Assembly (NCBI GenBank): GCA_910587795.1
Contig: CAJUNH010000002.1
Span: 135,400 to 199,399 of the forward strand
Source: an uncultured Christensenellaceae bacterium
Lineage (GTDB): Bacteria > Bacillota > Clostridia > Christensenellales > CAG-314
Reading direction: 5' to 3'
Length of the DNA stretch: 64,000 nucleotides
In this document: positions 29,007 to 37,019 of the stretch, piece by piece
How positions within the stretch are numbered: the stretch's first letter is position 1
Layout: the number at the start of each line of letters is the position of its first letter
Position numbers and translations under genes: made by a program
Notes under the pieces: generated by a model
Seen by the model: the letters and a program-made list of their open reading frames with translations, nothing else
What the model was told of the DNA's origin: nothing
Database searches by the model: none

Positions 29007-29777
29007 ATGAAAAAACATGCAAAACTGACAGTTATTGTTTTGGCAGTTGTTTTAGCGTTGTCCCTTGCTTTGGTACTTGCCGCTTGCGAACAACCCGAAA
29101 CAAAAACAGCTTACGGTCTTGTGCACGGAAAAGGTTATGTCGGTAAGGCTACCGTAGTAAGAGCCGGCGACAGTTTAGTATCCGCAGAATTGGACGAAGC
29201 GTGCTTGCCCACATACGTAACCGCTAAAAGCGCAATCGAGGGATACACCGTAGAAGGTAAATATTCCAGCCACGGCGAGCCTGCAACCGCTAACTTCTAC
29301 AAGACGGTTAAATTTGCCGACGTAACGATGACTTACGACGCAACCGAAGCAGGAGGATTTTCCAAGGGATATATGGTAGGAACGCAAACTATGTTGGAGT
29401 TCTTTGCCGTAGAAGCTAACTGCGAAAAGTATTTTGAAGCCGTTGCTAAGAACGAAGTTAAAGTAGTGCTTGCCGACGGAGAAAAGACGGATATCCTCAA
29501 CGCAAAAGCTTTGTTAAAGACTCAAAACAACTACTGGGGAACACCCGCCGAAAACGCTTTGGGCTGGAAGGCAAACGTAGAAGCAACCTGCAATTACGTT
29601 GTAGAAAACGGATTTGACGGCGCAAGCAAAAAGGAAGACTTCGAAAAGAAGGATAACTCCGCAACCAACCCCAAACTTGACAACGAATTAGTTGACAAAA
29701 ACGGAGTAAAAACAGGCGCAACCTGGACGGATATGTGGGATTATTTCAGCTTACTTAAATCCGCATTTGGAAAATAA
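29007..29777 (+). CDS. hypothetical lipoprotein
   Basis: MKKHAKLTVIVLAVVLALSLALVLAAC is a signal peptide plus lipobox (LAAC). AAGGAG RBS 8 nt upstream. The track ORF from 28968 is a short upstream extension. Confidence 0.65.
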   Translation: MKKHAKLTVIVLAVVLALSLALVLAACEQPETKTAYGLVHGKGYVGKATVVRAGDSLVSAELDEACLPTYVTAKSAIEGYTVEGKYSSHGEPATANFYKTVKFADVTMTYDATEAGGFSKGYMVGTQTMLEFFAVEANCEKYFEAVAKNEVKVVLADGEKTDILNAKALLKTQNNYWGTPAENALGWKANVEATCNYVVENGFDGASKKEDFEKKDNSATNPKLDNELVDKNGVKTGATWTDMWDYFSLLKSAFGK

Positions 29778-29806
29778 GTCATAGAATCAAAATCTCTTTC
29801 AAAAAT

Positions 29807-29835
29807 AACGACCGCATAATTTGCGGTCGTTTTTG
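29807..29835. terminator. bidirectional intrinsic terminator
   Basis: 10-bp stem aacgaccgca / tgcggtcgtt followed by a T-run. Sits between convergent genes. Confidence 0.75.
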
Positions 29836-29842
29836 TATTCTT

Positions 29843-31609
29843 TTATTTTAAGTTTGTAATAAATTCCGTTTTAGCTTCGCCTTCCGCAAACGGATTAAAC
29901 ACCGCAACGCGTTCGCCTTTGCTGTTGATGTATACGCTCACTTGCGAATTTGCGGTAAAGTCTACGCTTGTGCCCAAACCTATATGTCGGGACTTATTAA
30001 ACGCGCCCACGCTGTCCGTTTGAGTGCTGCCTCTGCGTCCGCAGATAAAACCGTTAAATTCAAAATCTGTAAGATATCCTCCGTAGGTTTTGTTTTCGCC
30101 TTTAAATTGACTGTTATAAACGAGATTGCCTTTTTCGTTATACATCGTGTCTTGTCCGTCCAAAAACGGATACAAGTCGTGCTGATGTCCGTATACGCAC
30201 ATATCGGGCTGTATATCGTTTAGCAGTTCCGTCCAAAGAGCCTTAACTTCTTTATTGTTGTGACGGGCGTTTACAAACTGAATAGGAATATGGCAGCAAA
30301 CTACGGTGTAATCACGGTTAAGGTGACGTTCTTCCTGAATAATCTGTTTTAAAAATTCCGTTTGGTCGTTGCGGTATTTAGAAAATACGTCCGTGCCGTA
30401 ATATTCCCACCAACCGTCATCGTCGTTTGCTCCGGCGGTGTGGTCTTCGCCCAAGTCCAAAGTTATGCCGTACACTTTGCCGCCGTCAAGGGTAAAGTCG
30501 TAGTAAAAGTTTTGGTTTTTGGAGCCGACGTATTTATATAAGTCCTCTGCGTATTTTCCCTTTATTTCGTGATTGCCGCGCGCGTAGATAACAGGGTATT
30601 CGCCTTTGGTTACGTCGTGAGCGAACAAGTTGGTAAACTGCGCGTCGTATTCGCTGTCTATCATAGAGTAGGAGTCGCCTAGGATTACCAAAAAGTCCGT
30701 AGTTCTTCCTTGTTTTTGCAAATCCGCCTCAAACGCCTGCGCGGCGCTTACAGCCCCCTTTCGTGCGCCGTGGACGTCGGTAATTGCGTAATAGTCTAAG
30801 CCGTCCTCCGTGTTGACTCCGCGGAAGTTAAACGATTTTGTAAGAACTTTGCCTTTATATCCGCCGAACGGTCCGCGGTAAATCATTGTTTGCGCGCCGA
30901 TAGTGTAGCCGCCCGCCTTGTCCAACTTGTCCTGAGGAACGGTCACTTTGTGGACAAGGTCTTTGGACTTCATGCTTCCTGCGTATAAATCGTAAAATTT
31001 TTCGTCGCCGATTTCCACCCAGGCAATGCTTTCGTCGTTGGTGCCGAATACTATTTGGTAATCGTCTTCCACTGCGTACACAACAGGGTTGTAGGTAAAG
31101 TAGTTGGCTTTTACGTCAAACGCAACTAAAACCGTGCCGAATAAGGCAACGCCCAAAGTAACCCATTTAAGCGTAGTAACAAGCTTTGTTTTTGCCGTAG
31201 GCGGAAAAAACAGTAAAAGCGCAAACGCCAGCAAGCACAAAGAAATAAGCAGCGACAATCCGAACGAAGGCAGTATAAAAGGCAAATAGTCTTTTGCGCC
31301 TAACGCGATAACCACAATTTCGATAATAAAGAAAACTCCGCTTACCGCTAACGACGCTATAAAAGGCGCTTTGCGTTTGCCGCTCCAAACAAACAGCGCA
31401 GCAAAAGCGAAAATTGCCGACAAAAACATCAGTATGCAAAATATAAGGGGCGTTTCCATAATAAAAAACGACTGGTTTTTGTCCGCGCCCAGCGCTTTGG
31501 ATATTCCGCTCCAATTAACGCGCAGAGCCAACCAAAACAGCGCGATTACAAGGCTTAATGCCGCTGCCGAAACGGCAAGCCAATGTTTTTTTATTTTTTC
31601 GATAAGCAT
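29843..31609 (-). CDS. membrane-anchored metallophosphoesterase (calcineurin-like)
   Basis: About 6 N-terminal TM helices, then GDSYS..., GNHE and GHQHD phosphoesterase motifs. GGGAGG RBS. Confidence 0.75.
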   Translation of the reverse strand: MLIEKIKKHWLAVSAAALSLVIALFWLALRVNWSGISKALGADKNQSFFIMETPLIFCILMFLSAIFAFAALFVWSGKRKAPFIASLAVSGVFFIIEIVVIALGAKDYLPFILPSFGLSLLISLCLLAFALLLFFPPTAKTKLVTTLKWVTLGVALFGTVLVAFDVKANYFTYNPVVYAVEDDYQIVFGTNDESIAWVEIGDEKFYDLYAGSMKSKDLVHKVTVPQDKLDKAGGYTIGAQTMIYRGPFGGYKGKVLTKSFNFRGVNTEDGLDYYAITDVHGARKGAVSAAQAFEADLQKQGRTTDFLVILGDSYSMIDSEYDAQFTNLFAHDVTKGEYPVIYARGNHEIKGKYAEDLYKYVGSKNQNFYYDFTLDGGKVYGITLDLGEDHTAGANDDDGWWEYYGTDVFSKYRNDQTEFLKQIIQEERHLNRDYTVVCCHIPIQFVNARHNNKEVKALWTELLNDIQPDMCVYGHQHDLYPFLDGQDTMYNEKGNLVYNSQFKGENKTYGGYLTDFEFNGFICGRRGSTQTDSVGAFNKSRHIGLGTSVDFTANSQVSVYINSKGERVAVFNPFAEGEAKTEFITNLK

Positions 31610-31635
31610 ATGTTCCTCCCAAAAAAGTTTTTTTT

Positions 31636-31880
31636 ATAATAGCATACAAATAACAATTAACGACGTTTAACTGCAACAAACTGCTATTAGTTACTCGCTG
31701 TTACATCGTATCACGTTGATAATAAAATATTGCGATTGATATAGCTCGTGTACGATATAATAGCATACAAATAACAATTAACGACGCTTAACAACAACAA
31801 ACTGCTATTAATAACTCGCTGTTACATCGTATCACGTTGACAGTAAAGTTTGGCGATATGTTGTTTGTGTACGATATAAT
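31636..31880. repeat. tandem direct repeat, two units of 121 and 119 nt plus the start of a third
   Basis: Units start at 31636 and 31757 with ataatagcatacaaataacaattaacgacg. The first ~80 nt are near-identical, the next ~30 nt have diverged, and both units end in gtgtacgat. Confidence 0.9.
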
Positions 31881-31958
31881 AAGAAAAAACAGCATTTTAT
31901 CTAAGCGTGAATTTTATATCTTTTTCGCTTGTTAAAAATATTATAAAATAAGCCGATA

Positions 31959-32183
31959 TTACACCCATTTAGAGCGGTTAAGTTCTTTTTTAACGGCTTT
32001 GTCCAAACGGTCGTCGCTCTGTTCTAACGATATGCGCAGCGCTTCCAAATCCACCAGTGCAAACTTCGGGTTGTTGTTTTTAAAAATTACTACGCAGCCG
32101 TTGTCTTCCGCCATACGTACTACTTTTGAAAAGTTTTGATTGGCTTCGGTTATAGAAACGATTTGTTTGCTGTCTATTAACAT
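31959..32183 (-). CDS. Phd/YefM-family type II antitoxin (no cognate toxin gene evident)
   Basis: 74 aa. The N-terminus SITEANQNFSKVVRMAEDNGCVVIFKNNNPKFALVDLE resembles Phd/YefM. AAGGAG RBS. Confidence 0.7.
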   Translation of the reverse strand: MLIDSKQIVSITEANQNFSKVVRMAEDNGCVVIFKNNNPKFALVDLEALRISLEQSDDRLDKAVKKELNRSKWV

Positions 32184-32268
32184 AATAATTTTTCTCCTTA
32201 AACGTATTTTATTACGCCATAACGCACTTAAAGTTTAATTGCAGCGGTAGTTTCGATATGCCTAACGT

Positions 32269-33045
32269 CTAACGGTACCGTCTGTTAAACTTCTGCTGTT
32301 TAATCCAAATATTCATTACCGTTTTGGTAGGTAAAAGGCGCACAAGCCGCACTTGACTGCGGGCAATAAATCCGCAGATAGAAACGTCTTTGCCGCGCAT
32401 TAGGTCTTTGTAGGCTTTGTCTACTACGTCGCGAGGATCGTACATTGCGGCAAACTTTATAACGACGTGTTTTTCCGTTTGTCCGGCGCGGTCAAAAAAC
32501 TTTGTCTTTGTCCAAAACGGGCACACTGCGCAAACGTTTATTTTTCGGGGACGCAGTTCCGCGTTTAGCGCACGAGCGTAGCTGTGTATAAAAGCTTTGG
32601 TCGCCGCGTATACGCTTTGGTACGGAGTAGGCTGAAACGCCGCCACCGAGCTGAACTCCGCAATTTTTGCGCCCGCACCCATATACGGCAGGCAGTATTC
32701 CGTCACCGCTACAAGCGATTCGCAGTTGAGCCGTACCGTATTTGTGCTTTGCTCCACCGGGATTTCGTCATACCTGCCGAATTTGCCGAAACCGCTTGCG
32801 TAAACCAACCAACGTACGTCGGGTTTTTCTTTTTCCAAACTGCTTCGCAGCTCGTCTATGCCGTCTTTTGTCAAATCCGCGGCAAATAATCTGGTCGGCG
32901 TTTTCATCTGCGCCGCCGTTTCCTCCAAACCGCTTCGATCCAACGCAATCAGCCAAATTTCTTCCGTTTTTCCGCATTTGTCCAGCTTTAAAGCAAACTC
33001 TCTGCCCATACCGCTCGATGCGCCCGTAACGATCGCTATTTTCAT
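32269..33045 (-). CDS. short-chain dehydrogenase/reductase (SDR)
   Basis: TGASSGMG cofactor motif and YAATKAF catalytic motif. Confidence 0.88.
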   Translation of the reverse strand: MKIAIVTGASSGMGREFALKLDKCGKTEEIWLIALDRSGLEETAAQMKTPTRLFAADLTKDGIDELRSSLEKEKPDVRWLVYASGFGKFGRYDEIPVEQSTNTVRLNCESLVAVTEYCLPYMGAGAKIAEFSSVAAFQPTPYQSVYAATKAFIHSYARALNAELRPRKINVCAVCPFWTKTKFFDRAGQTEKHVVIKFAAMYDPRDVVDKAYKDLMRGKDVSICGFIARSQVRLVRLLPTKTVMNIWIKQQKFNRRYR

Positions 33046-33192
33046 TTCCGTATTTTTCTCCTTTATTATAACATTATTCTAGGTAAAATTCAACCCCTGA
33101 TTTTTGCCAAAAATGTACGTTTTTAACAAACAATAGCTAGAATTTTACCTAAATTTATTTTTGTGAACCGTGTTTTTTATTGCAAAAATATA

Positions 33193-33221
33193 TTGACAGC
33201 CGCATTATTGACCGTTATACT
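33193..33221 (+). promoter_or_regulatory. sigma-A promoter for the ABC ATPase gene
   Basis: TTGACA, 17-nt spacer, TATACT. Confidence 0.6.
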
Positions 33222-33286
33222 AGATGTTGTATACCCTTACAAGCAGAATGCAGCGGTAATAGTATGCGCCAAAACAGGAGGAAAAA

Positions 33287-35185
33287 ATGGCTAATTTAAA
33301 ACTAAATCACATTTATAAGGTGTATCCAAACGGAGTAAAAGCGGTAAACGATTTTTCTATGGATATTGCCGATAAGGAATTTATAGTTTTTATAGGACCG
33401 TCGGGATGCGGAAAGTCCACTACGTTGAAAATGATAGCAGGCTTGGAAGAAATTACGGCGGGCGAGCTGTGCATAGGCGATACGGTGGTAAACGACGTAG
33501 AACCTAAGGAGCGCGATATAGCTATGGTTTTCCAAAACTATGCGCTGTACCCGAATATGACGGTTTACGAAAATATGGCGTTCGGTCTTAAACTGCGCAA
33601 AATGCCCAAAGAAGAAATAGACAAAAAGGTGCGCGAAGCGGCGCGTATACTGGGCATAACGGAATATCTGGACCGTAAACCTAAGGCTATGAGCGGCGGA
33701 CAGCGTCAGCGCGTTGCGTTGGGCAGAGCAATCGTCCGCGAGCCTAAAGTATTTTTGCTGGACGAACCTTTAAGCAACTTGGACGCAAAACTGCGTACGG
33801 CAATGCGCGCGGAAATAAGTAAGCTTCACCGCAAGCTGCAAACCACCTTTATTTACGTAACTCACGACCAGGTAGAGGCTATGACCATGGGTACGCGTAT
33901 CGTCGTAATGAAGGACGGCTTTGTTCAGCAGATAGACAGTCCGCGTAATTTGTACAACTTCCCCTGCAATAAATTTGTGGCGGGCTTTATCGGCACTCCG
34001 CAAATGAACTTTTTTAAAGGCAAGCTTTTAAAGCGCGGCGATAAAGTTACTGTATCGTTTGACGACACCGACGTAAAACTTACTGCGTCCGCAAGCATAT
34101 TCAACAAAGCCAAAGCGGAGTATTTGGACGGAGAAAGACCCGTTACAATCGGTTTGCGCGCCGAACATATCTCGGTTGACGCAAAACAGTACCCGTACAA
34201 AGCAAAGTGCCGCGTATCGCATATAGAGGAGTTGGGTGCCGATTGTCAGGTGTATGCCGACTTTAACGCTGAAAACGGCGACGGCGTAGGCGAAAGCCCC
34301 ACGAGAGTTATTATAAAAGCTCCCGCCGGCAGTTTTTACGAAGCGGACCAAATGATAGAAGTATCTATGGATTTAACCCGTATCCACGTTTTCGACGCGG
34401 AAACGGAAGAAACGATTGCTCCGCGTGTTCCTGCCGAAGTTTCGGCTGCGGCGTCGGTAAAGGGCGCAAAGCTTACGTTAGCGGGCGCGGAGATCGAACT
34501 GCCCGAAGCCATAAAACTTCCAAGCGGCAAGTACGAAGTAATAATACCGACGTCAGCGGTTGCTTTGGGCGGCGATATAGCTGCGGAAGTTACCGATACC
34601 GAACAGGTAAACGACAAAAAACTTATTTACCTTAACGCCGACGGCAAAGCGCTGTTTGCGCTGGCGGATATGGACGCAAAAATAGGAAAGACCGAAAATA
34701 TTTCTATCGACCTTAAACAGCTTACGTTTGTTAGCGGCGGACAAACGGTTGCGGCGGCGTTAAATTGCGTAAACAGCTTAAAAGGCAAAATAACCAAAGA
34801 AAAAATCGTTGTGGAAAAAGAAGTAAAAGGCAAAATAAAAAAAGTCAAAGATTATGCGTTTTCTTTGGAGTGCTGCGGCGCAAGTTTCGAGTGTTCGCGT
34901 TCGCTTGCGATACGCTTGATTAACGGCGGCGGTCAGGATGTATTTAATAAGGATTTGGAATTCAGATTTAGTCCGTACGACGTAATTATAAGCGAGCAAG
35001 GCATAGACGCCTCTGTCGAAAGTATTATAGATTACGGCAAAGAAAGTTTTGCCGTGTGCAAAGCGGGCGACGCTGCCGTAAACGTTTCTGTGCCGCACGG
35101 ATTCGGTTTGACAAACGTCAAGTTGGCTTTGGACGTAGAAAAACTTGCGGTAGTCGAGGTTGCCCGTTCAATCCGTTTGGCGTAA
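33287..35185 (+). CDS. MalK/MsmX-type ABC transporter ATP-binding protein with a ~260-aa C-terminal extension
   Basis: Walker A GPSGCGKST, Q-loop, signature MSGGQRQR, Walker B FLLDEP. A TOBE-like region is followed by extra sequence, giving 632 aa versus ~370 for typical members. Confidence 0.85.
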   Translation: MANLKLNHIYKVYPNGVKAVNDFSMDIADKEFIVFIGPSGCGKSTTLKMIAGLEEITAGELCIGDTVVNDVEPKERDIAMVFQNYALYPNMTVYENMAFGLKLRKMPKEEIDKKVREAARILGITEYLDRKPKAMSGGQRQRVALGRAIVREPKVFLLDEPLSNLDAKLRTAMRAEISKLHRKLQTTFIYVTHDQVEAMTMGTRIVVMKDGFVQQIDSPRNLYNFPCNKFVAGFIGTPQMNFFKGKLLKRGDKVTVSFDDTDVKLTASASIFNKAKAEYLDGERPVTIGLRAEHISVDAKQYPYKAKCRVSHIEELGADCQVYADFNAENGDGVGESPTRVIIKAPAGSFYEADQMIEVSMDLTRIHVFDAETEETIAPRVPAEVSAAASVKGAKLTLAGAEIELPEAIKLPSGKYEVIIPTSAVALGGDIAAEVTDTEQVNDKKLIYLNADGKALFALADMDAKIGKTENISIDLKQLTFVSGGQTVAAALNCVNSLKGKITKEKIVVEKEVKGKIKKVKDYAFSLECCGASFECSRSLAIRLINGGGQDVFNKDLEFRFSPYDVIISEQGIDASVESIIDYGKESFAVCKAGDAAVNVSVPHGFGLTNVKLALDVEKLAVVEVARSIRLA

Positions 35186-35450
35186 AACAAAACCCGACAA
35201 AATAATTTATAAAACACAAGCTCGATTGCTTAGAATATTTTGTTTTACGTAAATTAAATATTTCGTAATATAATTTATCAACGCAATACGGCGTAACCAA
35301 ACCCGAATATACAATGTTGTTTAAAGCAAGTAATATTATTTAACGTAATAAAACCGCTTAAAATAATTTAAGAAAAGTTAAATATTTATTATAAAAAACA
35401 TACTAACTTAATTAATTTTTGCTGATTGCTTTTTACAGTATATAAGTCAA

Positions 35451-35490
35451 AAACGTCTCTGCCGATATTCTGCGGGGACGTTTGTATTTT
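35451..35490 (+). terminator. intrinsic terminator ~265 nt after the ABC ATPase stop
   Basis: ~12-bp stem aaacgtctctgc / gcggggacgttt (with G-U pairs) followed by gtattttt. Confidence 0.6.
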
Positions 35491-35810
35491 TACAATAATC
35501 AAATTTTATAACTGCATATCCGTAAGTAAAGTTGTTAAAAAAACGTTTGTTTAACGTAAAAGCAAAAAAAACTGTAAAAGCTTGTTACCGTATTTTATGC
35601 GTTTGCGTTTTGGCTCTGCGCGCCGATTATTGGCTATTTTTTGTATTAATTTTATACCCTTTACGTATGTAAAGGTTTTGCCATACGTCTTATGCCGTTT
35701 TAACGCAATATCCGCGCTATTTAAATAAATAATTTAGATATTTTTTAAAGTAAAAACGCGCAAAAAAAATGTAAATAAAAAATAGCCTAAAAAAAAACTG
35801 CAAAGCAGTC

Positions 35811-35838
35811 TTGACAAACGGAAAAAGTGTGGTATACT
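35811..35838 (+). promoter_or_regulatory. strong sigma-A promoter of the collagen-like/RHS operon
   Basis: TTGACA (35811-35816), 16-nt spacer, TATACT (35833-35838), with a TGg extended -10. Confidence 0.65.
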
Positions 35839-35943
35839 GTAATAGAACATAAGTTCGATAAAATTCAAAAGGAGAAGAAAATCAAGGATAAGTAAATAAA
35901 AGTAAAAACGTAATAGTAAAAAAAAGGCAATGCGGGCGGTATA

Positions 35944-35998
35944 CCGTCTGCGGTTAAAAGACGGCAAAGGTAAAGTATCCTTTGTTTCGTCTTTTTTT
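35944..35998 (+). terminator. terminator-like hairpin inside the operon leader, with an overlapping alternative hairpin (possible attenuator)
   Basis: Stem aaagacggcaaagg / cctttg(tt)tcgtcttt followed by T7. Its 5' arm (agacgg, 35959-35964) can instead pair with ccgtct (35944-35949). Confidence 0.55.
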
Positions 35999-36033
35999 AT
36001 GTAAAAAAACAATAAAAAATAAAGGAGAAAAAA

Positions 36034-36975
36034 ATGGAATTTATAAACAGAGTAAGTGCGGAAAAAGGCAGAATTAAATTAACGAAAAGCGACGGCACGG
36101 AGGAAATATGCACCGTACAGATGTGTGATGACGCAAATCCGCAGGGAACGCCGCTAAACAAGCAAACGTTCGACGATTTTAAAGAGGATATTTTAAACAC
36201 GGTATCAAAATTAAACTCTATAACGGAAACTTTGGTATACGGCAAAACAATCAGCGTAACCGATACGGTCAATTTGGAAAACACAGATGTTACTTTAACG
36301 TTAGACGGTTTTAACCGTACGCCCATTGTAGGCGAAACGTTTATCGGTATATTTTATTCCGTCGACGGTATCAGCGAAACGTCGTGCATATCCGTATGTA
36401 AAGTTATGCAAGTAACTTCGTCTGCAAACACTTGTATGGTAAAAGCGGTAAGCCGCCGAGTAGATACGTCGGGTATCGCTATAAAGTCCGTTACACACAG
36501 CGGACAGGACGTTAACGGCGGAAATGTGTACACAGTTCTTCTTTCCAACGGCGCAAAAGTATACTTTACCGCACCGCGCGGCGAAAAAGGCGAGAAAGGA
36601 GAAAAAGGTGATAAAGGCGACAAGGGCGATAAAGGCGACAGAGGATATAAAGGAGATAAAGGCGATCGCGGCGAAAAAGGCGAGTGTATTTTTATCGAAC
36701 CCAGCGGCGAGTATATTGTCAAAGGCGAAAAAGGAGATAAGGGAGACAAAGGCGACAAAGGAGAAAAGGGCGAAGGCGGCTCCGGCGTGTATCTGTCAAG
36801 CGAAGGTTTTACTGCCGGCGTAGGCAGATACGACGTAAGCAGCGTTGCATACAACAAACAGGAACTGTGCGCCGGCGACCTTATACTGTCCACGTCAACC
36901 AAAAATATGGTGCGCGTAAGGTCGTTGACAAGCGACGGGTTTATGTTTATAGGCGAATATGTTTTAACTCTGTAA
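36034..36975 (+). CDS. collagen-like triple-helix-repeat protein with a tail-fibre-like N-terminus
   Basis: Two Gly-X-Y tracts: (GEK)3(GDK)3GDRGYKGDKGDRGEKGE at 36580-36684 and GEKGDKGDKGDKGEKGEGGSG at 36724-36786. The N-terminal NRV...GTPLNKQTF resembles prophage tail-fibre N-termini. AAGGAG RBS. Confidence 0.8.
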   Translation: MEFINRVSAEKGRIKLTKSDGTEEICTVQMCDDANPQGTPLNKQTFDDFKEDILNTVSKLNSITETLVYGKTISVTDTVNLENTDVTLTLDGFNRTPIVGETFIGIFYSVDGISETSCISVCKVMQVTSSANTCMVKAVSRRVDTSGIAIKSVTHSGQDVNGGNVYTVLLSNGAKVYFTAPRGEKGEKGEKGDKGDKGDKGDRGYKGDKGDRGEKGECIFIEPSGEYIVKGEKGDKGDKGDKGEKGEGGSGVYLSSEGFTAGVGRYDVSSVAYNKQELCAGDLILSTSTKNMVRVRSLTSDGFMFIGEYVLTL

Positions 36976-37019
36976 GACAGCGGCGGCGTAACGTAATTAA
37001 TAAAAAAGGAAATAACAAT

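Noticed and set aside
31636-31880. Tandem repeat considered as a CRISPR array
   Set aside because: There are only two full units of ~120 nt with no repeat-spacer alternation, and no cas genes are in the window.
36867-37019. N-terminal extension of the RHS ORF (track start 36867) overlapping the collagen-like gene
   Set aside because: The extension is Arg-rich, low-complexity sequence in an alternative frame of the upstream gene. A proper RBS and ATG sit at 37020, just before the conserved RHS N-terminal sequence.
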